A DNA stretch of 64,000 nucleotides from a virus, in the IMG/VR virus record IMGVR_UViG_3300006880_000002, positions 2,955 through 66,954 of that record. One strand, 5' to 3'. Positions 54,156 through 64,000 of the stretch are shown piece by piece. The notes under the pieces are model-generated. The model had not been told where the DNA came from, did no database searches, and saw only the letters and a list, made by a program, of their open reading frames with translations. The stretch's first letter is position 1; the number at the start of each line of letters is the position of its first letter. The translations under genes and the position numbers were made by a program.

Positions 54156-56160
54156 TCATTCGAGGATCTTCCAGGTGTGCCCTCGATCACGAGCTTCGGC
54201 GGCGACGTCCGGCCATCGCTCCCCGATGATCTTCCACGGTTTAGCGCGCTCGTCGGCGCTGTACGTGCAGACCGCCACACGCCCGGCGATGACGAGGATC
54301 CGGTACGTGTACTCTTCTGCTCGCGCCTCGACCCAGAACGCGGTCATACCCGCCAACGTCCTCTCATCCATAGCCGCACGCGCATCTTCGTTTTCTTGAT
54401 TCGTTCTACGGCGCGCTTTGCTTGAACCTCAGTTGCGAACTCGAACTCCAAATCGCGCATGCCGGTAACGAGGGACATGCCGGAGCCGACTGAACGCGTC
54501 CTTGCGGCTTTCTCTATGGCGCGATCCCTGTCGATGTCGAAACCTCGATAGGAACATTCCACCGCCCAAGGGCGCGCTCGGGGCGGGAACGAGAAAACGT
54601 ATTTGCTCTTTTTCTTCACCGCCTACTCTCCGCTCGCGCCTTCTTGATGAGATCGGAGATGACGCTACCAGCGGCCTTCACGCTCGGGTTATTGACCGTG
54701 TCGTAGATCGTTTTTGCCGCCTGGACGACCGGAGAGCCCGCCAGAGCATCGATCGGGCTATCGAGGAGGTCGTACCGCTTGATGAGCTTGCAAGCCCGAA
54801 GGGCGGCCGTGGTGGCCTCGTTCGGAGGCGTCTTCGAGTGCGCGGCGAGCTTCACGAGCTTTCGGACCTTGGCGGTGGCCTGCTCGCGGGTGAGAGCGGT
54901 CATTCGTCGTCATCCTCGTCGTCGTCATCGTCGTCATCGTCCGGGTCCGGCGTCGACTCGGGCGGGGGCTCCGAGTCTTTCTTCTTCTGCTTCGGAACGC
55001 CGCAGAAGCGCTCCAAAAACGCGTCCGATAGCTCGTCGGCAACCGCGCCGACGTACTCCGTCACGTCCTCGACGTCTGTGTCAGGCTTGCAGCGCAGCCC
55101 TTCGAGGGCCGAGCGTGCGAAGCCAACCCACAGTTCGCGTTCCTCTTTCTCCGTGATCATTTTCTTTGCGGCCATTGTTGCTCCTTCATGAAGGTCGTGA
55201 GACGTGTGTCGATTCCTCGGTGATGCGAAGCTCCGCGTCTTCCGGTAGGTACTCTTTGAGCACTGTCAACGCGATTTCGACGCCGCGCTCGACGGTGCAG
55301 CATTTGTTCAACTCTTCAGAGAAACCGCCAGGCTTTCCATTGCCCGTACCATCGTAGAAGATTGGCTTGTCGCCACAGTCGAGGCGTTCAGAGCCATCAA
55401 ATTTGGATGGTGGTGGAGGCGTTCCGTACTGCACGAAGCGCCCCGTGAGTGGGTTCTGGATGATGACGAAGCACCGAAGCTCGCGCGGCGACTCGGCGAG
55501 CCGTTGGAGCGCCGCGTGGATCGGTTCTCGGGCGTCGGAGAGCTTCACGGTGCCCAGATCCACGCTGGAGTCAGCACCGTCGCCCCGTTCGGACGATAGA
55601 CGACGGACCCATGTTTGACGGTCACTGTCGAAAGCGGACCGACGGTATAGATCGGGTACATGATCTCCGTGCTCGCTCCGGGGCGATTCACGACGGTATT
55701 TCCTCGCAGGTACAAGGATCATGCTCGACACACCCTTCGAGCCACGTCTTGGCGTACTCCTCTGCCTTGGCGAATGCCTCCGCGACCGTGCCGAACTTAC
55801 CGAGATTCTTGTGGGCGTGATCCTGAAAGACACTCTCGGGTGAGTCAGCTGTTTTGTGGAATTCGAGCGCCATGACCGCCCATCCAATGAGTTCGTGGGT
55901 TTGGACGATTACACCGAGACGACGATCACCGCTCGTGACCGACGCCATGAACGACGATGAGCTCGTCCACCGCAACATTAGGCTGCGGCCTTGCGGAAGA
56001 GCTTCGGATTATTCTTCCGGAGAGCTTGGGCAAGGAGCGCTCGGATCACGACGCTCATTTTCACTTCTTCCCCCATCGCCCGACTCATCCGTTTCTGTTC
56101 GCGCTTGAGCGCGGCGCGGTACTCGTTCGGCACCCGAAAAGCAACGGTGTCGTTTTTCAC
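54156..56160 (-). other. Run of small accessory genes, led by an RHH protein (55978-56160)
   Basis: Coupled ORFs; VAFRVP..MSVVIRALL. Confidence 0.55.
54616..54903 (-). CDS. DUF2786-like protein
   Basis: KVRKLVKLA..EATTAA-xx-A-x-KLI-xx-YDL. Confidence 0.7.
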   Translation of the reverse strand: MTALTREQATAKVRKLVKLAAHSKTPPNEATTAALRACKLIKRYDLLDSPIDALAGSPVVQAAKTIYDTVNNPSVKAAGSVISDLIKKARAESRR

Positions 56161-56222
56161 TTGGGTAGGAGTACCCAAGGTTTGCAATGTTTGCAAGCGC
56201 CATTTTTTCTCACTAGGGGATC

Positions 56223-56251
56223 TTGACCCGCCACCCCGCGTAGGTCTACGC
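56223..56251 (+). promoter_or_regulatory. Sigma70-type promoter
   Basis: TTGACC-N17-TACGCT. Confidence 0.5.
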
Positions 56252-56316
56252 TGACCCTTCCAACCGTCGATTGAAAGGTAGCTGGACATGCTCCGAGCGA
56301 ACCGGGAGACTTTTCT

Positions 56317-58798
56317 TTGAACTACCGAGGGATGCAGGCCGAGATCGTCGAGATCTTCGCGGAGGCAGCTCTCCTGGGGCCGAAGAGGCCCGAGTTCTAC
56401 GTGATTCGAGGCACTAGAGCGCCGAAACTGAAAGCGACTAAGAAGCCACGTCCGCTCCGCCGCGTCGGTCGCGACGTCATGGCGCACTTCGGGCGACGCT
56501 GCGTGAACTGCGGAGCTGACTCCCCAACGCACCGATGCCCGGTGGTGGTGGCGGCGGAATGAGCCGTCAAATCCACATCAACGGCCGGGGCGTCAAAGTG
56601 ACGCGAAGGCGACACTTCGCCGCGAACTGGGACGGCTCCTACGGTTACGGAGCAGGCAGAGCGCATCCGTGCGTCGAACACGTAGCGTGCGACTACTGCG
56701 GTGCTCGTAAGGGGAAGCTCTGCATCGGAGCACACGGAGTTCATTTCGATACTCACGTTAGTAGACGTGACGCGTTCACGAGACTGAAGAGGGTTCAATG
56801 AGCCGGAGGAAACGTTCCCGGAAGATCCGTTCGGCGCATCGACGTGAGCGGCGGATCGAGCGCTGCGAACAATTCGAAAAGAACAAGGCCATAGTCGACG
56901 ATCTGATGATGCGCGAGCGTGTACGTCGCACGATCAACTCGTCGGATTTGCCAGACAGCGTGAAACGAGCGATCGGTTTCATGGTCTCACCAGCTGGACA
57001 GTTGAACGAGGAGATGCGGCGCATCGTGGAGGAGAAGAAATATGGCTCATGAAGCAGTATGCAAATCGTGTGGTTCAACGGCGGGGTACACCTACCAAAC
57101 ACGGTGTGACGGATGCGGGGTCGTTTTTGAAGAAGAGCGCGGAACAGCATCGTGCGCGCCGCTCGTTCTTCCAGATCGAGCCAATTCATCAACCCTTTGC
57201 CCTAACTGCAAAAAGCAGGTGCTGTCAGCCGTCGAGGAACTCCTCCTGAAGTGCGCCCGCTGCGGGCACCTCAGAAGCGAACACAACGCCTCGTGTTTGC
57301 GTCTCGGAAAAGAGATTGAACCGGGTATCCGCGAGGCTTGTGACTGCAAAGGGTGGGTGGCGCCGTGAAGATCAGACTAGGTAACGCGCAAGGAACATTC
57401 ATCGAGACTTCGAACGAGGTGACCCTCTTCGACGTCTTCTCTGGCGTCGGGATCCAGACTGATGCGGGCCTCTTCGGTATCGCTCAGCGGGATGGCGGCA
57501 TCGAGGTCATGCTCGAAGGGAAAACTCTGGCGACGTTCGTCAGCAACGAGAGTTTGGGCGGAGAAGTCTGGAAAGCGGCGAAAGAACAAGCCGACGCTCT
57601 CGTTGGTGTCGACACACCGGAAGCCGCGTTCCGTCGTGGGCAAGAGGCAGCACGGGCTTCTGTCATCAACATGATCGAAGACCCAGGCAGATGGCGCGCA
57701 GGGGCGTTGTCTTCCTCGTTGATCGCCTCGGTCTTTGAGGTTGCCACGAAGTCTGGATACTACCCACCGCCTCAGGCTGAGCCTCATCTCTCGATCGAGG
57801 AGTGTAAGCAAGAGATCCGAAAGTTGAAGCATTCTCTGGAAACGGTCTGCGAACAACGAGACGTGCTCATCGAAAAATTTATACCGGAACACCATCAAGC
57901 GAACGCGCGCGAGCTGGTTAACCACATCCACACCGAACGGAAGAAGTTGTGAAAACACGCTGCAACCATTGGTCTGGTTGGTTCACTATTCAATCTGCGC
58001 ATCACAGTGAAGTGTTACTTGGCTCTTTTCAGGCACCAAAAATGCAGTGGTGCCGCGAATGTGGTTCCGTTCAGGTCAACGGCGAGTGGATTCCGCCCGA
58101 CTGCGCAACGGTTATTGGCGAAGATGAAGCCAGCCCCGATTTCGAAAAAATCGTGTCTGCTATCGAAGAAGCGTTCAACGACACGACTGAAGAATATCTC
58201 AACAAACATCCCGACGACGCTTACATCCAATTCGCCACACGGCTCGCCCTGCGGCTTGCAGAACGAAGCATGGCGATCAAGAGGACATCATGAAGACTCG
58301 CTTCAAGATCGGCCCCTGCCTCGGTAACGGTAGGCACGCAGCTCTCGTCGAGAAGGACGGGCAAGAGCACGAGACGACGATCAAGATCGCTTCCGAAGGA
58401 ACGACGGTCGCGCCGGGTGAGTCTCTCATACAACTCGCAGCCCCGGACAACGAAGGCTGGCACGACGGGACCGTGCTCTTTCACAACGGGCCGGCGCAGG
58501 TTGCGACGCCTGCGTATCGAGAGGGTTACGATCGGATTTTTGGGAAGAAGACGGAAGTGGGGATCGCATGAAGGACAAGGAACTGATCGGGGCCACGGTC
58601 GAACTTCTTCAAGACATCCGTACTATAGGCGGAGACGTTTTCAAGAAGGGCGACCACATGAAGATCTACGGCGCATGGCGCGGTCGTTTTCAACTCCACG
58701 CGCTTACGCCTACAGGTCGTGTTCGCGTTCGACGGGGCTGCGCTCCCGGAGTCAGACAAGTCGATCGCCGAAAGTTCATCGTGATCAGATCGGGATAG
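56317..58798 (+). other. Run of small coupled accessory genes (several Cys-rich)
   Basis: ATGA/GTGA overlaps. Confidence 0.55.
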
Positions 58799-58808
58799 GA
58801 GCAGACAA

Positions 58809-59177
58809 ATGGAAGTCGACATCAGAAAGCATCAACCGGTCCGTGAGGACGTGCGCGTAGGGATCGCGGCGCTCCGCGTGCAGGGGCGGCAGATTTGGGG
58901 GAGCACGCGCCACGAGCTGCCCGACATCGTGCTTCGGCTCATGGTCGGCGTCGGTGACCTGGCGCGAATTCAACGAGATTACCCGTTCTTTCGTACCGGG
59001 AAGGTCTCCGAAAAATCAGTCACGAGCGAAGAGACACGCGAACTCAAGAAGGAGCTCGGCAACCTCATCCTCTCGTCGATCCGCTGGATCGACGATCTCG
59101 GACTCGACCTGCTCGAATGTCTCGATCTCGCTGTCGAGGCGCAAGAGAAGTTCGCGAAGAGCGGGAGGCCACGATGA
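58809..59177 (+). CDS. MazG-like protein (degenerate)
   Basis: VGDLAR..KKELGNLI; first EE motif absent. Confidence 0.45.
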   Translation: MEVDIRKHQPVREDVRVGIAALRVQGRQIWGSTRHELPDIVLRLMVGVGDLARIQRDYPFFRTGKVSEKSVTSEETRELKKELGNLILSSIRWIDDLGLDLLECLDLAVEAQEKFAKSGRPR

Positions 59178-59584
59178 GCGACTTCACCCCCTCCGCCGCC
59201 GACCTCGTCAACGGCAAGAACCAAGCGCGCGTCGCCGCCTGGATCCTCGAAACGTTCGGCATCGAGTTCCTCCGGAACGGTCACGAGCGGACGCTGCGTG
59301 CCGTCGAGGAGGTCGTCGAACTGGCGCAGGCCGCGGGCGTCCCTAAAGAAGTCGTTCACCGCGTCGTCGACTACGTGTTCTCTCGCCCCGCCGGAGACGT
59401 CGAGCAAGAGATCGCCGGCAGTCTCGTCACGATCTACGGAGCCGCGACGGCGCTCGGGGTCGACGCGCAGGGGGAGCTCGACAAGGAACTGGCGCGTATC
59501 AACACGCCGGAGGTCAAGGAGCGGTGCCGCAGGCGCCAGGCTGAGAAGCGTGCGGCGCTCATTACGGGGGACTCGTTCAAATGA
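59174..59584 (+). CDS. MazG-like nucleotide pyrophosphohydrolase
   Basis: R-xx-EE-xx-EL-x-QA..EQEIAG. Confidence 0.65.
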   Translation: MSDFTPSAADLVNGKNQARVAAWILETFGIEFLRNGHERTLRAVEEVVELAQAAGVPKEVVHRVVDYVFSRPAGDVEQEIAGSLVTIYGAATALGVDAQGELDKELARINTPEVKERCRRRQAEKRAALITGDSFK

Positions 59585-60231
59585 GCGACATCATCGACGC
59601 TGCCCAAAAGGCCATCGGGATCGAATACGGGCAGCCCATACCTTTGCTAAAAATGGCACCCCCGGCAATCTGGGCCCGGGAAACGTTCGGACACGGTATC
59701 CCTGACGAAGCGCTCGACACGATCGACACCATTCTCGCCGCCTCCGAAGAACTACACGAAGACAAGGTCCGCACACTGTTGCGCAAGATCGCGTCGACAC
59801 GTCGCACCCGCCACATCCCCCGCGACGACGGCAAGCCGTACATGACTCGGTACGACATCCACGGGTGGATGCCGGAGGACGGCGAGGACAAGAAGTACCC
59901 GCTCTCGATCTACCTGCACCGGTTCCACACACCAGATTACGACGAGGCGCCGCACAGTCACCCGTGGGCGTGGGCGAGGTCGCTGGTGCTCACGGGCGGG
60001 TACACCGAACGGCGAATGTCCGAAGGTGTTCTCGTCGAGTCCCGTGTGAAAGCCGGCGACCTCAACCGCCTCGAACCCGACGACTACCACATCATCACCG
60101 AGCTACACGGCGAGACGTGGACTCTGTTCTCCGTGGGCCCGAGGCTCGGCACGTGGGGCTTCTGGGTCGACGGAAAGCTCGTGCCGTGGCGCGAGCGCAT
60201 GCGGCAGCGGGGGCTCAAGCCGGAGTACTGA
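59581..60231 (+). CDS. Cupin-fold protein
   Basis: YLHRF..D..PHSHPW..GGYTE..YHII..WGF. Confidence 0.7.
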   Translation: MSDIIDAAQKAIGIEYGQPIPLLKMAPPAIWARETFGHGIPDEALDTIDTILAASEELHEDKVRTLLRKIASTRRTRHIPRDDGKPYMTRYDIHGWMPEDGEDKKYPLSIYLHRFHTPDYDEAPHSHPWAWARSLVLTGGYTERRMSEGVLVESRVKAGDLNRLEPDDYHIITELHGETWTLFSVGPRLGTWGFWVDGKLVPWRERMRQRGLKPEY

Positions 60232-60278
60232 TTGGTCATGCGTGCTATGCTCATCTTCCACGAACGCCTCGCGCGTTA

Positions 60279-60330
60279 CCCCCACGGCTCCCGACGGTTG
60301 GAATTGTCGGAGCCGTGGGGTTTTCTTTTT
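60279..60330 (+). terminator. Rho-independent terminator or attenuator before the primase
   Basis: CCCCACGGCTCC...GGAGCCGTGGGG then TTTTCTTTTT. Confidence 0.75.
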
Positions 60331-60352
60331 GAGTGAGGGGCCATTGATCACG

Positions 60353-62719
60353 ATGCTTGACGTCGCGCTCGTTTACATCGAGCACCGCTTGGCGACCGTT
60401 CCGATCCCATACATGCAGAAAGGGCCGGTGATCCCAAACTGGTCTGATCTTCAGATCACTCGCGAGACGGCGCCGCACTACTACAACGGCATCCCACAGA
60501 ACATCGGCGTCGTCCTTGGATCGAAGTCCGGAGACCTCGTGGACGTGGACATCGACTGCCGGGAGGCTCTTCAGCTCGCTCCGTACATGCTTCCGGATAC
60601 GTGTCGGTTCGGTCGCGACAGTAAACGCGCGTCACACTGGCTCTATTACTCTCCGATCCTGAAGCACACGAAGTTCGAAGACCCGAACATCAAAGGCGAA
60701 GGTCAGACGATCATCGAGCTCCGCGCGGACGGCGTACAGACCGTGTTCCCCGGGAGCACGCACCCGAGCGGGGAGTTCATCGACTTCGAAGAAGATTGGG
60801 GACTAGAAAAGACCGCCCAGGTCGAGCGCGAAAAACTTGAAACTGTCGTCGGCAAACTCGCCGCCGCGGCCCTCCTCGCCCGGTACTTCCCGGCGAAGGG
60901 GCGCCATGACTTCTGTCTAGCCCTCGGCGGGGGCCTTCTCCGGGACGGGTGGACCGTCGAAGAAGCCGAGCCGTTCGTTGCCCTCGTGGCCTGGGTGGGC
61001 GGCTCTGACAGCCCCAGGCAGCGCGCCTCGACGGTCCACGGTACGGCGGAGAAAATCAAGGCAGGAGAGCCCGTCACCGGGTGGAAGCGCGTCTCTGAGC
61101 TCATCGCGGACCGTCCTCTCGGCGGGGGCGTCGGGGGGAGGAAGTTAGTTGGACGCGCACGGAAGTGGCTGCCGGCGACCAAGAACGAGATTGACAACAC
61201 GAACAAGATCCAAATCACCGTCGGCTTCGACGAGCTCGAAATCGCCGACCACATGATTTCCGCGCTCGGGACGCTCCCGAACGTCTACAACCGAGGGTAC
61301 AAGCTCGTGCAGATCCTTCGAGATTCTGTTGAGACGAAAGAGGAGGAAATCACCCGGGAACCAAACGCTCCACGGATCACCGAAATGCCGAAGGTACGGG
61401 TACGAGAACTTGTTTCCCACTTGTGTAACTTCGTGCGTTGGAAGACTGGTCAAGACGGCGAGCCTGCACTCATTCAAGTTCCTGTCCCGGATGAACCAGT
61501 GGCAGCCCTTCACGCTCGGGGCGAGTGGCCCAAGATCAAACCTCTCGGTGGCATCGCAGAGTGCCCTGTGTTTCGTCCCAACAAAACCATTCTCGACGTT
61601 CCTGGATACGACGAGGCAACCGGGATCTTCTACGAACCGAACGCTGACTTTCCGTCCATCCCCACTGAGCCGACCCTCGACGACGTACAGAATGCCATCG
61701 CAGAAATCTACGACGTCGTGCAGGACTTCCCGTTCGAGAACGACGCTCATCTCTCGGCGTGGTTCGCGCTCCTCCTCACACCGTTCGCGCGACCTACGAT
61801 CAACGGCAGCGTCCCGATCGGGCTCTTGAACAAGAACAACCATGGCGTCGGAGGAACGATGCTGGCGGAGATCATCGGAGAGATCTTCAGCGGAAGATCT
61901 CTCCCGTGCATGCCGCTCGCGAACGAAGACGAAATGCGGAAGCGTCTTCTCGCCCTCGCGGTCGCGGGCGATCCGATCGTCCTTCTGGACAACGTGAAAG
62001 GGACGCTCGACTCCCAAGTTCTCGCGCTCACAATCACGAGCCAAACGGTTCAGGACCGGCGCCTCGGGATCTCTCAAATGGTCCCGATGCCGATGCGCGC
62101 TCTCTGGCTCGTGAGCGCGCAAAATCTCGTCCTCAGTAACGAGCTTGTTCGTCGCGCCCTTCACGTCCGTCTCGAAACGACTCTAGAGAAGCCTGAGGAG
62201 CGTTCGGACTTCAAGTACGACCCACTCATCCCGCACATCCGAAACGTGCGTCCGAAGCTCGTGAGCGCAGCGTTGACCGTTCTCCGCGGGTACTTCGCCG
62301 CGGGCAGCCCTCCTCAAAAACTTCCGGCTTGGGGTTCCTTCGAGCAGTGGTCGAACGTCGTGCGTGGAGCGCTCGTATGGGCGGGCATGAAGGACCCTCT
62401 CGGCGGTCGAGAAGATCTCACCGAGACGAGCGATTCGGAGACGAGCGCTCTCGAACGAGCCCTCATCGCGTGGGAGGGACTCGGGCGTCCGATGCTCATC
62501 TCGGAGGTCTTGCACGAGATCCAGATGGGGTCTTTCGCCCACACAGAACTCAGAGAAGCGCTCGCAGAGCTGTGCGATCACCCCGCGGACAGGCTCACAG
62601 CCTCGATTATTGGGGTCCAACTCAAGAAATATCGTCGAAAAAACGTCGGTGGACGCCGTTTCGACACGAAACCCAAACAAAAACACGGAGTTCCTTGGTT
62701 TGTCAGCCGAATCGGGTGA
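60353..62719 (+). CDS. Prim-pol primase fused to a helicase-like domain
   Basis: NIGV..DVDID, HWLY, IELR, FPGS-x-HPSG; C-terminal HGVGGT, LLDNV, RRAL. Confidence 0.85.
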   Translation: MLDVALVYIEHRLATVPIPYMQKGPVIPNWSDLQITRETAPHYYNGIPQNIGVVLGSKSGDLVDVDIDCREALQLAPYMLPDTCRFGRDSKRASHWLYYSPILKHTKFEDPNIKGEGQTIIELRADGVQTVFPGSTHPSGEFIDFEEDWGLEKTAQVEREKLETVVGKLAAAALLARYFPAKGRHDFCLALGGGLLRDGWTVEEAEPFVALVAWVGGSDSPRQRASTVHGTAEKIKAGEPVTGWKRVSELIADRPLGGGVGGRKLVGRARKWLPATKNEIDNTNKIQITVGFDELEIADHMISALGTLPNVYNRGYKLVQILRDSVETKEEEITREPNAPRITEMPKVRVRELVSHLCNFVRWKTGQDGEPALIQVPVPDEPVAALHARGEWPKIKPLGGIAECPVFRPNKTILDVPGYDEATGIFYEPNADFPSIPTEPTLDDVQNAIAEIYDVVQDFPFENDAHLSAWFALLLTPFARPTINGSVPIGLLNKNNHGVGGTMLAEIIGEIFSGRSLPCMPLANEDEMRKRLLALAVAGDPIVLLDNVKGTLDSQVLALTITSQTVQDRRLGISQMVPMPMRALWLVSAQNLVLSNELVRRALHVRLETTLEKPEERSDFKYDPLIPHIRNVRPKLVSAALTVLRGYFAAGSPPQKLPAWGSFEQWSNVVRGALVWAGMKDPLGGREDLTETSDSETSALERALIAWEGLGRPMLISEVLHEIQMGSFAHTELREALAELCDHPADRLTASIIGVQLKKYRRKNVGGRRFDTKPKQKHGVPWFVSRIG

Positions 62720-62929
62720 CGCAGGTGACGGAGCGATGGTGCTGTTTTGGGTGACGCAGTCGACGCAGGTGACGCAGTTTCAGAGGCGTTGGCGGAAACG
62801 GTCGGTCCGGGTGACGCAGGTGACGCACCCCCAATCCCGGTTTGTAGAAAATTTCCTGATCAGACGACCAGGGCGACCGAAATCTCCAACGGCCTCTGAA
62901 ACTGCGTCACCTGCGTCGACTGCGTCACC
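62715..62929. repeat. Iteron array with 38-bp inverted repeat, probable replication origin
   Basis: Seven forward and three reverse GGTGACGCA-like 9-mers; arms 62750-62787 and 62892-62929. Confidence 0.8.
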
Positions 62930-63116
62930 TGGGCGACCTCTTTGGACGGGACGCTTCGAGAGCACTGCCACCACTCGAAGGAGCCGTTGTCCACACAGGG
63001 CGACCCGCAACCTTCGCATCGGTGACGTCGCGAATCTGCCCACGCGACGAGGAGCACGGGCGCGCAGATGATGAGAGCGAGAACGACGACCGCCAGGACG
63101 CTCAAGAGGAAGGTCA

Positions 63117-63374
63117 TCATCGGCGTACACCTTTCGCTTTCACGATACTCGTACGTTTCTGCCACGGCGTGCGCATCCCGAGGAGGGCGTTGATCTGACG
63201 ACACTGGCACCCAGAGCTGTCGATGCAGCGCATCGCGCGGTATGAACCCCACGGTTTCAGATCATGATCGAAACCACAGAGAATGCACGCGTCCGATGGC
63301 AACTGGATACCGTCGGACTTCGTCGCAGCGACCGCCGCTCCAATGGCGGTGAAGAATCCACGACGGCTCACCAC
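63117..63374 (-). CDS. Small Cys-rich protein with Tat-like motif
   Basis: SRRGFF + hydrophobic stretch; coupled to helicase stop. Confidence 0.5.
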   Translation of the reverse strand: MVSRRGFFTAIGAAVAATKSDGIQLPSDACILCGFDHDLKPWGSYRAMRCIDSSGCQCRQINALLGMRTPWQKRTSIVKAKGVRR

Positions 63375-64000
63375 CGGAGCACCGTCAAACGCTTCGAACT
63401 TCTCGTGCAAGCTGTATATAACCATTTGCGCCAGCTCGCATCGTCGACAGGTCCAGGGCGTTCGGCACACACGAGAAGATCATCGAACGCCGAGCCTTGC
63501 ATCTTGTGGACGGTCATCGCGTAACCGAAATCGAAGAGCGTGCCCATCTGATACCAGGCGTAGATCCCTGCCTCCTTGTTCAACTCTTCGAGGCTCCCGA
63601 ACGTCTTGTCACGGCCGAATTGGGCCATGAGCATTGAGTACGGGCGAGCTCGGATCTCGTCCTCAGGGAACTCGATCTCTCCTTTGATATGGGTCCGGCT
63701 CTCGGGCTGCGTGTTCGTCGTGAGGACTCCGCGCATTCCGTTCGAGACGGGCTCTCCTCCGGGGTTCTTCATGTTGCGGAGACACACGAGGTGCTCTCCG
63801 GCCGCTGGGAAGTCGGTCCGTGAGAACCCGCGCACCTGCCGCACGAGGTCGTTCAGACCCACGCGCTTTCGGTTTGTGTAGACGGCGAGGCTCATTTCGA
63901 GAAGACGTTCCGGCGAGGCGCCTGCGTAGCGCGATTCGATGAACCGGCCAGCGTCGCGAAGGCTCCCGAACTGCACCGCATCCCCGGGCATCTCGCGTGG
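63368..64000 (-). CDS. RecD/Dda-like SF1 helicase, C-terminal part (truncated)
   Basis: CLRN, NGMRG, GYAMTVHKMQGS, LYTACTRS. Confidence 0.88.
   Translation of the reverse strand, partial: PREMPGDAVQFGSLRDAGRFIESRYAGASPERLLEMSLAVYTNRKRVGLNDLVRQVRGFSRTDFPAAGEHLVCLRNMKNPGGEPVSNGMRGVLTTNTQPESRTHIKGEIEFPEDEIRARPYSMLMAQFGRDKTFGSLEELNKEAGIYAWYQMGTLFDFGYAMTVHKMQGSAFDDLLVCAERPGPVDDASWRKWLYTACTRSSKRLTVLRW

Noticed and set aside
62715-62929. CRISPR array
   Set aside because: Repeats are 9 bp, abutting and partly inverted, with no unique spacers or cas genes

Overview
This GC-rich window looks like most of the genome of a large dsDNA bacterial virus; both ends are cut inside genes. A myxobacterial host is inferred only from the style of one lipoprotein. 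Left end: a replication operon with an SNF2-type helicase, SSB-like protein, family A DNA polymerase and RuvC-like resolvase. About 7-35.5 kb: a virion and lysis module in which I recognise no terminase, portal, HK97 capsid or tail genes. It holds instead beta-rich jelly-roll-like capsid candidates, a protamine-like Arg-rich protein, a transglutaminase-fold enzyme, many small membrane-anchored proteins, four proteins sharing an N-terminal (R/P)E(T/A/S)YP motif, and GH25, SLT, LysM and SGNH proteins. This suggests a tailless, internal-membrane virus. About 35.6-60 kb: accessory genes, including a recombinase-dpdA-queC-queE (7-deazaguanine) operon, a cluster of polyprotein-like genes with a canonical -1 frameshift signal, a rhomboid protease behind a mirror-image promoter pair, and MazG/Nmad1-like genes. 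Right end: a prim-pol primase, an iteron/inverted-repeat origin candidate and a RecD/Dda-like helicase. Two Cre-like tyrosine recombinases each have a palindrome just upstream. All fold and family calls come from motifs read by eye; no search was run.
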